Positions 43,356 to 52,925 of a DNA stretch of 64,000 nt are shown piece by piece (positions within the stretch are counted from its first letter, which is position 1; every line of letters begins with the position of its first letter). The stretch spans positions 43,975 to 107,974 of the forward strand of contig DMMW01000002.1 in the NCBI GenBank assembly GCA_003452965.1, given 5' to 3'. Source of the stretch: Elusimicrobiota bacterium. GTDB taxonomy: Bacteria; Elusimicrobiota; UBA8919. The notes beneath the pieces were generated by a model that was given only the letters and a program-made list of their open reading frames with translations, had not been told where the DNA came from and did no database searches. A program made the translations under genes and the position numbers.

Positions 43356-44054
43356 ATGAAAAAAATATTAGCAATTATTCCTGCTCGCGGTGGATCAAAG
43401 GGAATTCCAGGAAAGAATTTATCTAATTTATGTAGGAAACCTTTGATAAAATGGACTATAGATGAGGCAAAAAAAAGTAATTTAATAGATAAGATAATTT
43501 TATCAAGTGATGATGACGAAATAATGGAATATTGCAGAAAACAGGGGATAGAAGTTCCTTTTAAAAGGCCGAAAAACTTTGCTAAAGATAATACACCGAT
43601 GCTTCCGGTGATAAAACATGCAATTAATTTTTTAAAAGTTAATAAAAAGTATGTTCCTGATTATATTTTGCTTTTGCAGCCTACCTCACCGCTAAGAACT
43701 TACAAGCATATAGACGAGGCTTTGAATTTATTAATGAGTTCGGATGCTGATTCTGTCGTAAGTGTAGTTGAGGTTCCTCACAATTTCAATCCTTACTCGG
43801 TGATGAAACTAAAAAACGGATATTTAAAACCGTTTTTAAAATATAATGAAAATATGAACTTACGTCAGAAAAAACCGAAATTTTATGCCAGAAACGGAGC
43901 TGCAATATATGCTTTTACAAATAATTGTTTAATTAAAAAAAATAGCATTTATGGCGATAAAATATTGCCGTATTTTATGAAAAGGGAAGAAAGTATTGAT
44001 ATAGATGAAAAATTTGATATCGAATTAGCCGAAGTTATTATAAAAAATAATTAG
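43356..44054 (+). CDS. neuA: CMP-nonulosonic acid synthetase (acylneuraminate cytidylyltransferase, NeuA-like)
   Basis: KILAIIPARGGSKGIPGKNL, ILSSDDDEI, LLQPTSPLR. Confidence 0.8.
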   Translation: MKKILAIIPARGGSKGIPGKNLSNLCRKPLIKWTIDEAKKSNLIDKIILSSDDDEIMEYCRKQGIEVPFKRPKNFAKDNTPMLPVIKHAINFLKVNKKYVPDYILLLQPTSPLRTYKHIDEALNLLMSSDADSVVSVVEVPHNFNPYSVMKLKNGYLKPFLKYNENMNLRQKKPKFYARNGAAIYAFTNNCLIKKNSIYGDKILPYFMKREESIDIDEKFDIELAEVIIKNN

Positions 44055-44059
44055 TTCCT

Positions 44060-45493
44060 ATGGGCATAGAAAGCATACTAACAAACTATCAAGTCGGCGT
44101 TGTAAAAGATGAATCTTTAATTTACCCTAAAGAATTTAGTATTAATCTCGACGGAAGTTTGCCTTCCTACAAACGTATTGAGGAACAGATACGCTCAGTA
44201 ATCGCACTTTCTTTAAATACTCCTTATGATGATCCATTAATAAATACAGTTTTTTCCGGAGATTCTGTCTTAATCAAACCTAATCTTGTTTTTCATTATA
44301 AAGAAGGCGGTCCGCCGATTGAATGTTTAGTTACACATTGGTCTGTAATATATGAAGTGGCAAAATTGGTATTAAAAAAATTGGGAAATAACGGTCGTTT
44401 GATTATCGGAGATGCTCCTATTCAGGGATGTGATTTTAAACTATTAACCGAAAAGCAAACGCCATTAAAAGAAATTGTTAAACATCTAAATAGTTTTTTT
44501 CATGTTTCCGTGGAATTGGTAGATTTTAGAGAATTAACATCAGAATACAAATCGGCACTTTTAGTAAATAAATCTAGTAAAATTGAACATGCTAAAGAAA
44601 TTAAATTAAACAATGATAGTTTGTTGCATAATACAAAGCAAGATATCAAGAGATATAGAACTATTGATTATCCGTTCAAACTAACAAGGAAGTATCATAA
44701 TATAGAATATCATGTGTTTAAACTAAATAATTATGTAATAGAATCAGATGTTATTATTAATATGCCAAAATTAAAAACACATTGTAAGACAGGAATTACA
44801 GCTTCTTTAAAAAATTTAGTAGGTACTTTAGCAGATAAGCAGTCTTTACCTCATCATAGGCAAGGTTCATCTTCCAGTGGAGGAGATGAATATTGTAATG
44901 CAGAGTTATTACCTTATATTGAATCAAAAATGTGGGATATAATTAATTTAACAAAAAAATATTCTTTAAAATCATTCATATATTTACTTTTGAGAATAAT
45001 AAAAAAAATATTTAAAATATTCGGCAAAGTAAGCGATCCGTTAAATATATATGGAGGAAGTTGGTATGGGAATGATACTTTGTGGCGGGGTATTCTTGAT
45101 ATAAATCGTTTGTGTTTTTATACCGATAAATATGGTTTTTTATCAGAAAATATCAAAAGAAGATATATAACAATAATAGATGGGATAGTGGCTGGCGAAG
45201 GGGAAGGTCCGCTTTTTAACATTTCAAGAAATACCGGTTTGTTATTGTCAGCAGAAAATCCAGTTGCTTTAGATGCTGTATCAGCAAATATAATTGGATT
45301 TGATTATAATAAAATTCCTCTTATTTTTAATGCACTTAAAATTAAAAAATATCCTATAATGAAATTTGATTTTAATGATATAATTATTCATTCAAATGAT
45401 AAAATATTAAATAACAAAAAATTAAACGAAATTAATTATTTATTTAAATTTAAACCTAGTAAAAACTGGGTTAATCATATAGAGAAGGAATAG
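44060..45493 (+). CDS. DUF362-domain protein (paralog of 57638..59089)
   Basis: SVLIKPNLV, IGDAPIQG, MPKLKTHCKTGITASLKNLVG, GSWYGND, IIDGIVAGEGEGP shared with second copy. Confidence 0.6.
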   Translation: MGIESILTNYQVGVVKDESLIYPKEFSINLDGSLPSYKRIEEQIRSVIALSLNTPYDDPLINTVFSGDSVLIKPNLVFHYKEGGPPIECLVTHWSVIYEVAKLVLKKLGNNGRLIIGDAPIQGCDFKLLTEKQTPLKEIVKHLNSFFHVSVELVDFRELTSEYKSALLVNKSSKIEHAKEIKLNNDSLLHNTKQDIKRYRTIDYPFKLTRKYHNIEYHVFKLNNYVIESDVIINMPKLKTHCKTGITASLKNLVGTLADKQSLPHHRQGSSSSGGDEYCNAELLPYIESKMWDIINLTKKYSLKSFIYLLLRIIKKIFKIFGKVSDPLNIYGGSWYGNDTLWRGILDINRLCFYTDKYGFLSENIKRRYITIIDGIVAGEGEGPLFNISRNTGLLLSAENPVALDAVSANIIGFDYNKIPLIFNALKIKKYPIMKFDFNDIIIHSNDKILNNKKLNEINYLFKFKPSKNWVNHIEKE

Positions 45494-45509
45494 TAGTTGA
45501 GAATTAATT

Positions 45510-47357
45510 ATGGCAGGTATATTCGGTATAGTTGAAAAAAATAGTGAAAAATCGGCAAGTTTTACATTGAATAAAGTCACATCAATGGTGAAGCATTTCC
45601 CTTGGTTGAAGGTTCATTCTATTTCTAATAATGAATTCAAAGGATTTTTAGTATTACCTGATTGTTTGAGCGTTAAAGATTATTTATATGAAGATGATGA
45701 TTTAATAATGTTACTTTACGGTAATATTTCAAGAAAGCATCTTAAAAACACAAAATTGGATGTTTTTATTAATAATTTAAGCGAATTGGCAAGTTTATAT
45801 AAGACAAAGGGTGTTGAATCATTAGTGCATATGGACGGAAGTTATACACTCTGTATATGGGATAAAAAGAAACATTGCTTATATATTGCAAATGATTGGC
45901 TGGGATCGCGAAAATTATATTATTGGCAATCAACTACGGGTATTGTTTTTGGCAGTGAGTATAAAATATGCTTGTTGCATCCGGATTTTAAACCAAAGCT
46001 TGATAAGTTTAGCCTGGTTCAATTTCTTAGAAGAAATTATTTGATACAAGATAACAATATGTATGAGAATATGAAATTAATTCCTTCAGATAGTTTGCTT
46101 AAATACTTTCAGGGTAAACAAGAAATTAAAGTATTTAATTGGGCTAAATTTACTGATGACCGATATAATTGTGATATGGCTGATTTAATTGAAGAATATT
46201 ATCAAATTATATCGAATACGGTTTCTGATTGTCTAATAGGAGCAAAAAAAGTATTGGTTCCGCTATCCGGAGGCCTTGATTCAAGATTATTACTTATTAT
46301 TGCAAATAATATAAAATCAAAAAGTGATTTTGCATTAACAGCTATAAATCATGGGAGAAAATCCAGCGCTGAATCAAAAGCAGCGGATTTGGTAGCGAAA
46401 AAAGTAAAAGTCCCTTTTATTCAAGTTACTTTAAAAGATAATTTTTTGTCGGATTATATTGAAGAACAGAATTGGATAAGTGAATTGGCAGTAGATAGTC
46501 ATGCTACACATTGGTTTCCGACATTATATAAGGTGAAAAGTGAATATGATTGTATTTTATCCGGATACATAGGAGATGTTTTTGCAGGTTCATACCTTAA
46601 TTTATCTGAAGGCATTGATAAAAATAATTTACCTATGTCAGAAAAAGCTAAAATTGTTTTACAAAGATATACCGGAAGAATGCCGATGGAAACCTGCAGT
46701 AAGTTACTTAAAAGAGATTTTGTAGAATTATTAAATGAAGAGGAAAAATCTTCAAGGTGTTATTTGGAAAATACATATGGTAATACAATTAAGGAAAAAT
46801 GGACATTATATTTATTAAATACTCAGATGCGCCGTTTTATATCTTATATTTTAGATTATAATTCTAATTTAGGTGAAGTGGTAGCTCCTTATATTAGCCA
46901 TTCAAATGTAAACTTTTTCTTTTCACTTTCTCCTGCAATTTTACATAACCGTTTATTTTTTAAGGAATTTATGCGATCAAAATTCAAAGGTTTTTCAGAG
47001 GTTATGACTACAGCTGATCCTATGCCCATAGTAAAACCTAGTTCTTTTGATACACATTATATTTATATTAAGCAAATGTTGTTTTATTATTTGTTTTGTA
47101 TTCTAAAGAAACAGATACCGGGAGAAAGAACTTATAATTTGGTATATTATCCGGATATTATTAAGTTTAATAAAAAATATGTTTATAATTCTATATTTAA
47201 TAATCCTTTATTTCCCGAAATATTTAATATGGATATGATGCAGAAACATTGGGATGAATTTCTTTTTGAAAATGATAGTTTGTATTGGCAATGGTTTGAA
47301 TTGTTAGCTTTTGATAAATGGAGTAGAAAGTTTTTAACCAATTATGATGGAATATAA
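45510..47357 (+). CDS. asparagine-synthetase-like ATP-dependent amidotransferase (PP-loop), N-terminal GATase-II-like domain with Ala replacing nucleophilic Cys2
   Basis: Starts MAGIFGIV (canonical MCGI); VLVPLSGGLDSRLLL PP-loop motif. Confidence 0.65.
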   Translation: MAGIFGIVEKNSEKSASFTLNKVTSMVKHFPWLKVHSISNNEFKGFLVLPDCLSVKDYLYEDDDLIMLLYGNISRKHLKNTKLDVFINNLSELASLYKTKGVESLVHMDGSYTLCIWDKKKHCLYIANDWLGSRKLYYWQSTTGIVFGSEYKICLLHPDFKPKLDKFSLVQFLRRNYLIQDNNMYENMKLIPSDSLLKYFQGKQEIKVFNWAKFTDDRYNCDMADLIEEYYQIISNTVSDCLIGAKKVLVPLSGGLDSRLLLIIANNIKSKSDFALTAINHGRKSSAESKAADLVAKKVKVPFIQVTLKDNFLSDYIEEQNWISELAVDSHATHWFPTLYKVKSEYDCILSGYIGDVFAGSYLNLSEGIDKNNLPMSEKAKIVLQRYTGRMPMETCSKLLKRDFVELLNEEEKSSRCYLENTYGNTIKEKWTLYLLNTQMRRFISYILDYNSNLGEVVAPYISHSNVNFFFSLSPAILHNRLFFKEFMRSKFKGFSEVMTTADPMPIVKPSSFDTHYIYIKQMLFYYLFCILKKQIPGERTYNLVYYPDIIKFNKKYVYNSIFNNPLFPEIFNMDMMQKHWDEFLFENDSLYWQWFELLAFDKWSRKFLTNYDGI

Positions 47358-49035
47358 AATCTATTTTCTGGAATCTATAAAGGGACAATTAAAATATCAC
47401 AAGAATTATTTGTTTTTAATGATTTCGATAATATTTGTTTCTATGCCGTTTTTTTTGTTTAGGACAGGGTTAGGGCAGGACGATTGTGCGATTATATTAG
47501 CCGGGTTAAAACAATTAGAATATAAAATATTTTCATTCAAGCCGATGGAAAGCGTTTTTTTTAGGTTATTCGATTTTTCACACGGCGGATTTAATTTGAT
47601 ATGGATTCTTGGATTCTATGTAACCGCGGCTTTTTTTAAAATTTCTCTTTACACATGGATATTTACCTTGCCGGCAGCTATTTCTGCATGGTTAACAGCG
47701 ATAGTTATTTATTTATTTACTTATAAAATAACGAAAAAACGTTTTATATCATTTTTAGCATTTTTAATTTATATTTTTATTCCAATCGCTATTGGTATGG
47801 GTAGACAATATTTTTATCCGTTAACTTTTATTAGGATATTTTTTCTTTATTCTCTCGCAATATCTCTCTCAAAAAATTCCGTATTTTGGAAAAAGATTGC
47901 GATTCTAATATTAGGGCTTATGATTTTTTCCGACAATGGATTTCCGATTTTTCTTTTTTTAGGTTTATTATTAATATTTTTTAATAAGTTGAAAGATTTT
48001 CCTGGAGCGAATTTATTAAAAAAAATATTTTTATCAGTATATAGGACATTTTTGTATTTTGCCGATATTTCCATACTGCTACCTGTTTTTATTATTGTAG
48101 TATATATAGTCCTATATATAAAACCTGTACATGCCGGATACGGATTTATTTACTATACATTACAAAAGAAAATGTCATATGCTTTTTCTTTCCATAAGGA
48201 TATTTTTGCATCGTTATTCGAAAATTACGGGTATGGAATCGGACTAATATTTCCTGTAGTTTTATTTTTTTCAGTTTATCTAATATATATTAAAGACTAT
48301 ATTGAAAAAAGAGCAGATATCTTTGTGATTTATTTATGGTTTTTAATTTGGATAATTTTGGGCTTTGCTGTTCAACCATGGGCATTAGGAAAAATGTATT
48401 TATTTGAATTTACTCCTATACCGGTTGCAATATTAGGAGCAATTAATATAGATTATTTTTTAAATAGATTTAAACGTTCAACGGTAAATGTATTGATCAT
48501 TATTATATTTTTGAATATTATATCGTGTACAAGTATGATTTTTGAATTTCCATATTCATCGCCTCAAAATGTTTATGGTACTCCTAAAGGATACGATTAT
48601 ACTAAAACATATAAAGCGGTGGGTGCTTTATTGCGTTCGGAGGGTTATCATCCTTTGAAAATGAGAGATTTACCTTTAGAAAATGTTCCTATAGTTTTAT
48701 GTGCTAATCCAAGTTATTGGACTCCTTATCCTGCAATATTTTACTGGGGGGTTGATACTTCAAAAATGCCTAATAATTATACAAATACAATTGTATATCT
48801 TAAGGATAGTGGTGGTGACAAAAAACAATTGGAATCTTGCTTAGTTTTTGTAAAAAAGAATAAATTTAATATTAAATATATAATATATAAAAATGAAAAG
48901 CCAATTGCCTGGTTGTATTATAGAAATTATAATATGAAACCAATAAAACATGAAAGAGATTATTTAATAAAAGAGTGGGACAAAAAATATGCTAATCTTA
49001 GAGATATTAAAACAACTGGTCCCCATGCTCTTTAA
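47344..49035 (+). CDS. polytopic membrane protein (about 10-12 TM) with C-terminal soluble domain; possible polymerase/GT-C, unknown
   Basis: Strongly hydrophobic profile; no diagnostic motif. Confidence 0.3.
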   Translation: MMEYKIYFLESIKGQLKYHKNYLFLMISIIFVSMPFFLFRTGLGQDDCAIILAGLKQLEYKIFSFKPMESVFFRLFDFSHGGFNLIWILGFYVTAAFFKISLYTWIFTLPAAISAWLTAIVIYLFTYKITKKRFISFLAFLIYIFIPIAIGMGRQYFYPLTFIRIFFLYSLAISLSKNSVFWKKIAILILGLMIFSDNGFPIFLFLGLLLIFFNKLKDFPGANLLKKIFLSVYRTFLYFADISILLPVFIIVVYIVLYIKPVHAGYGFIYYTLQKKMSYAFSFHKDIFASLFENYGYGIGLIFPVVLFFSVYLIYIKDYIEKRADIFVIYLWFLIWIILGFAVQPWALGKMYLFEFTPIPVAILGAINIDYFLNRFKRSTVNVLIIIIFLNIISCTSMIFEFPYSSPQNVYGTPKGYDYTKTYKAVGALLRSEGYHPLKMRDLPLENVPIVLCANPSYWTPYPAIFYWGVDTSKMPNNYTNTIVYLKDSGGDKKQLESCLVFVKKNKFNIKYIIYKNEKPIAWLYYRNYNMKPIKHERDYLIKEWDKKYANLRDIKTTGPHAL

Positions 49036-49040
49036 TGTGT

Positions 49041-49115
49041 TACCGTTAAAAAAGTCATTAACGGTATCGATTACATCCATCCTCCGTAGCAGTAGTCTGC
49101 TACTGCGGAGGATGG
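49041..49115 (+). terminator. two consecutive stem-loops (TACCGTTAA..TTAACGGTA; CCATCCTCCG-TA-GCAGTAG-TCTG-CTACTGC-GGAGGATGG) after membrane-protein gene
   Basis: second is a 17-bp GC-rich stem followed by GCAGATTTT. Confidence 0.5.
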
Positions 49116-49131
49116 GCAGATTTTAAAAATA

Positions 49132-49144
49132 GATTACACAGATT
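49132..49144 (-). repeat. junction motif, minus orientation (GATTACACAGATT), 21 nt before ATG 49166
   Basis: direct read of sequence. Confidence 0.75.
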
Positions 49145-49165
49145 GTTGGGTTAAAATTTTATAAA

Positions 49166-50131
49166 ATGAATATTAAATTATCTACAAAAAACGATAAAAA
49201 ACTTTGGGATGAATTTGTGAAACAATCAAATAATGGAACGATATTCCATTTATTACGTTTTCAGGAGTATCATCCTATCGAAAGATTTAGTTTTCATAAT
49301 TTAATGTTTTATGATAATAATAAGTTAGTCGCTGTTCTACCTGGGCAATTAAAAGAAAATGAATTTGTTTCGCCCGCAGGAGCAAGTTATGGTTCGTTTA
49401 TAATCGGAGATACTGATTTGGATACAAGTAATAAAATAGTTTTAGCTTTTCACGAATATTGTTTGGAAAAAGGAATTAACAAAATAAAAATGACACAAGT
49501 ACCACTTCCATATATTAAAAATTTAAATCAAAACATAGAGTTTACAATGCTTTACCATGGATATAATTATTTGCACCATTTGTTTACTTCTGTCGTTGAC
49601 TTAAAACTTTTTAATAAAGAAAATATTATTGAGAATTTCTATCCTAACGCAAGACGCAATGTTAAGAAATCATTCAAATTTCCGGAATTACGGGTGGAGA
49701 TAAATAAGGATTATAAAAGTTATTATCCGATATTGTTAAAAAATAAGCAAAAATTTAAATTAATTCCAACTCATACCGAACAGGAAATGTTAAAATTAGT
49801 AGAACTTTTTCCTGATGATATTATATTATATATGTGTTACCTTAGAGATATTCCAATTGCGGGTGTCTGGATTATGAAATGTAATCCATCTGTTATTTTA
49901 ACTTTTTATATTGCAAGCTTGCATGAATATCAGGAGTACCGGCCTGTAAACCGGCTTTTTTACGAAATAATAAAATGGGCTATTTCAAATAAGTTCAAAT
50001 ATATAGATCTTGGAGTATCTATGAATACGGCAAGCGATAATCCGATGGAACCTTCACCAAATTTAGTTGCATTTAAAGAAAGTCATAATTCGAGAGGATT
50101 CTTACGGAGTACTTTGGGAAAAATATTTTAA
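49166..50131 (+). CDS. FemAB-like / GNAT-fold acyl- or aminoacyl-transferase
   Basis: YPNARRNVKKSFK (FemAB RRNIRKA-type block), two-lobe length about 320 aa. Confidence 0.45.
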   Translation: MNIKLSTKNDKKLWDEFVKQSNNGTIFHLLRFQEYHPIERFSFHNLMFYDNNKLVAVLPGQLKENEFVSPAGASYGSFIIGDTDLDTSNKIVLAFHEYCLEKGINKIKMTQVPLPYIKNLNQNIEFTMLYHGYNYLHHLFTSVVDLKLFNKENIIENFYPNARRNVKKSFKFPELRVEINKDYKSYYPILLKNKQKFKLIPTHTEQEMLKLVELFPDDIILYMCYLRDIPIAGVWIMKCNPSVILTFYIASLHEYQEYRPVNRLFYEIIKWAISNKFKYIDLGVSMNTASDNPMEPSPNLVAFKESHNSRGFLRSTLGKIF

Positions 50132-51001
50132 ATGAAAAAAAATATTCAATCAGTTGCTTTACTTGGTTGGAATGACAGTACTGTAGAATGTTTGCGAGAA
50201 TTATTACAAAATTCACTAAAACCGAAAATAATTATTATTCCAGAAAATTTTGATTCAAGAAAATTGATTTTTTTGGGCAAAAAAGCAAATATCAAAATTA
50301 TAAAATCTGTTTACAAACGTTCTTTAATACCTTATTTAAGTGATTGTGATATAATAGTTAGTGCCTCATGGCCGTTTATAATACGAAATGAAGTTCTGCG
50401 GATGTTTCCCGGAAGGGTACTAAATGTACATGCTTCTCTTTTGCCTAAATACCGCGGTCAACATCCGTTAAATTGGGCTTTATTGAATGATGAAAAAGAA
50501 GTCGGGGTTACTATTCATCTTGTTTCTGAAGAATTGGATGCAGGAAATATACTAATACAGAAGAGTATTAATATTAAAGATAAAGATGATCTGCAATATA
50601 TCAGGAAAAAAATTCACTTATTGGGCGCCAGACTTCTGGTTGAAAGTATTAAAAAATTTAATAGATTACGGCCTAAACTGCAAGATAGCAGTTCGATTTC
50701 AAATGCACCTAAAAGAGTACCTTCGGATGGATATATACAATGGAAAAAAACAGCCAGAGAAATATTTTGTTTAATTCGTGCCTCTTCTCATCCGGGCCCG
50801 GGATCTTATGCTTTTAAAGATGGAAAAAAAGTAATAATATGGAAAACATTGCCTACAAGAAAGTTTATAGAAAGGGGAATACCAGGTGAAATAATATCAA
50901 CACTAAAAAAATCGTTTTTAATAAAATGCGGTAATAATGAATTGTTAAAAATATTTGAGTACAAAGGAGAGAAACCTAAAATTGGGCAGATTTTAAAATG
51001 A
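50132..51001 (+). CDS. formyltransferase (Fmt/ArnA-N-like sugar N-formyltransferase)
   Basis: VLNVHASLLPKYRGQHPLNWALLN, IHLVSEELDAGNIL; C-terminal Fmt-C-like domain; starts at nucleotide after upstream stop. Confidence 0.7.
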   Translation: MKKNIQSVALLGWNDSTVECLRELLQNSLKPKIIIIPENFDSRKLIFLGKKANIKIIKSVYKRSLIPYLSDCDIIVSASWPFIIRNEVLRMFPGRVLNVHASLLPKYRGQHPLNWALLNDEKEVGVTIHLVSEELDAGNILIQKSINIKDKDDLQYIRKKIHLLGARLLVESIKKFNRLRPKLQDSSSISNAPKRVPSDGYIQWKKTAREIFCLIRASSHPGPGSYAFKDGKKVIIWKTLPTRKFIERGIPGEIISTLKKSFLIKCGNNELLKIFEYKGEKPKIGQILK

Positions 51002-51696
51002 ATAAAATAAGTATTGTTATTCCTGCATATAACGAAGAATATAATATTGAATATGTTGTAAACGAAGCAATAGAAGTGTTGAAAAATGCGACTGATTGTC
51101 CGGAAATAATTATAGTTGATGATGGCAGTAATGATTCAACCGGAAAAAAACTAAACAAACTAAAAGAAAAATTCAATTATCTTAAAATAATTCAGCACAG
51201 TTATAACAAGGGTGTCGGAGAATCTATTGTAGACGGTTTTATGGCTGCATCGGGTGATTTAATATTTTTTAATTCTGCAGATAGACAGGCACCAATGTCT
51301 TATTTACTAGAAATGTTACCTATGATAAATAATTATGATTTGGTCGTTGCAGGTTATTATAATCGCAAAGATTCTTTTATTAGAATATTATTTTCGCGAT
51401 GTTACCATTTTTTAATTAGAATACTATTTAACATTAAATTACATAATGTGAACGCAATGAAGCTATTGAAAAAAGAAGTTTTTAATAAAAATATTAAATG
51501 GGGCAAAAATCTATGCATAGATACTGAAATTGTTGTGAGAGCAAAAAAGAAAAATTATAAAATAGGAGAAGTTACTTTAGAGCATTATCCAAGGGTAAAA
51601 GGTGAAACTAAAGTTGTAAATGTTAAAAATGCATTAGTGACGTTTATTAATTTATTTATTTTATATTTTAAATTACAAAAGGAAAATTTAAATTGA
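50998..51696 (+). CDS. GT2-family glycosyltransferase (soluble, DPM1-like)
   Basis: ISIVIPAYNEEYNIEYVVNE, IIVDDGSNDST, NSADRQ. Confidence 0.75.
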   Translation: MNKISIVIPAYNEEYNIEYVVNEAIEVLKNATDCPEIIIVDDGSNDSTGKKLNKLKEKFNYLKIIQHSYNKGVGESIVDGFMAASGDLIFFNSADRQAPMSYLLEMLPMINNYDLVVAGYYNRKDSFIRILFSRCYHFLIRILFNIKLHNVNAMKLLKKEVFNKNIKWGKNLCIDTEIVVRAKKKNYKIGEVTLEHYPRVKGETKVVNVKNALVTFINLFILYFKLQKENLN

Positions 51697-52925
51697 CTTC
51701 AATATTACATATAAGCACAACTGATTGCATCGGCGGTTCAGGTAGGTCTGCATACAGAATTCATAACGGATTACGCATTTCAGGATATAATTCCAAGATG
51801 CTAGTAAGTCGGAAAATAACTATTGATAGAGAAGTCGATTTTATAAGCAAGGGAACATATAAATATTATGATAGATTCTGTGGGAGAGTATTAAATAGAA
51901 TTGGTTTGAATGATGTTTTTTATCCGTCATCATATAATTTAAAAAATAACAAATGGTTTAAAGAAGCAGATATTATTCAACTCTATAACCTTCATGGCAA
52001 TTATTTTTCTTTTACAGCATTATCACAAATAAGCAAATATAAAACAATTGTTTGGCGTCTTTCAGATATGTGGCCAATTACAGGGCATTGTGCATATAGT
52101 TATGATTGTGAAAAATGGAAAACTGGCTGTGGGAAATGTCCTTATCCTGAAGAATATCCTGAATTACAAACTGACACTACTAAATATTTATGGAAGTTAA
52201 AAAAAATAACCTTTGATAAAATTGAAAATATGGTTATTGTTGCACCATCGTTATGGATAAAAAAAAATGTTGAGCAAAGTCCAATCTTAGATGGTTTTAA
52301 AGTCCTTTACATACCTAATGGGGTGGATACTAATATTTTTAAGCAAAAGGATAAAAATGAAGCAAAGCAGAAATATAATATTTCAAAAGATAGTAAAGTA
52401 GTTTTATTTATAGCAGAGCAACTAAATACGGATAAGAGAAAAGGCGGTGCATATTTGGTAAAAGCATTAAATTCTTTAAATGAATCGCTAAAGAAAAACA
52501 TAGTATTATTAATGATTGGTAAAGAAGAAATGACTAATTGTGGAATAGACAAAAATATAAAGATTTATAAAGCGGGGTATATAAATAATGACATAGATTT
52601 AGCAGGTTTATATCAAGCTGCGGATATTATGGTTTTACCAACATTAGCAGATAATCTCCCTAATACAATTTTGGAAAGTATGGCTTGCGGTACACCGGTA
52701 GTTTCTTTTAATGTTGGCGGAATACCTGAAATTGTGAAACATAAAGAGACAGGTTATTTAGCGGAATTAAAAAATGTTAATGATTTAAAAAATGGTATTG
52801 AAAAACTTTTAATTGATGATGATTTGAGAACAAATTTATCTAAACAGTCAGTAATTTTGATAAATAACAACTTTAAATTAAAAAATGAAGTAAAAGGTTA
52901 TATTGAGTTATATAAACAAATATGA
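51693..52925 (+). CDS. GT4-family glycosyltransferase
   Basis: LPNTILESMACGTPVVSFNVGGIPEIVKHKETGYL. Confidence 0.8.
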   Translation: MTSILHISTTDCIGGSGRSAYRIHNGLRISGYNSKMLVSRKITIDREVDFISKGTYKYYDRFCGRVLNRIGLNDVFYPSSYNLKNNKWFKEADIIQLYNLHGNYFSFTALSQISKYKTIVWRLSDMWPITGHCAYSYDCEKWKTGCGKCPYPEEYPELQTDTTKYLWKLKKITFDKIENMVIVAPSLWIKKNVEQSPILDGFKVLYIPNGVDTNIFKQKDKNEAKQKYNISKDSKVVLFIAEQLNTDKRKGGAYLVKALNSLNESLKKNIVLLMIGKEEMTNCGIDKNIKIYKAGYINNDIDLAGLYQAADIMVLPTLADNLPNTILESMACGTPVVSFNVGGIPEIVKHKETGYLAELKNVNDLKNGIEKLLIDDDLRTNLSKQSVILINNNFKLKNEVKGYIELYKQI

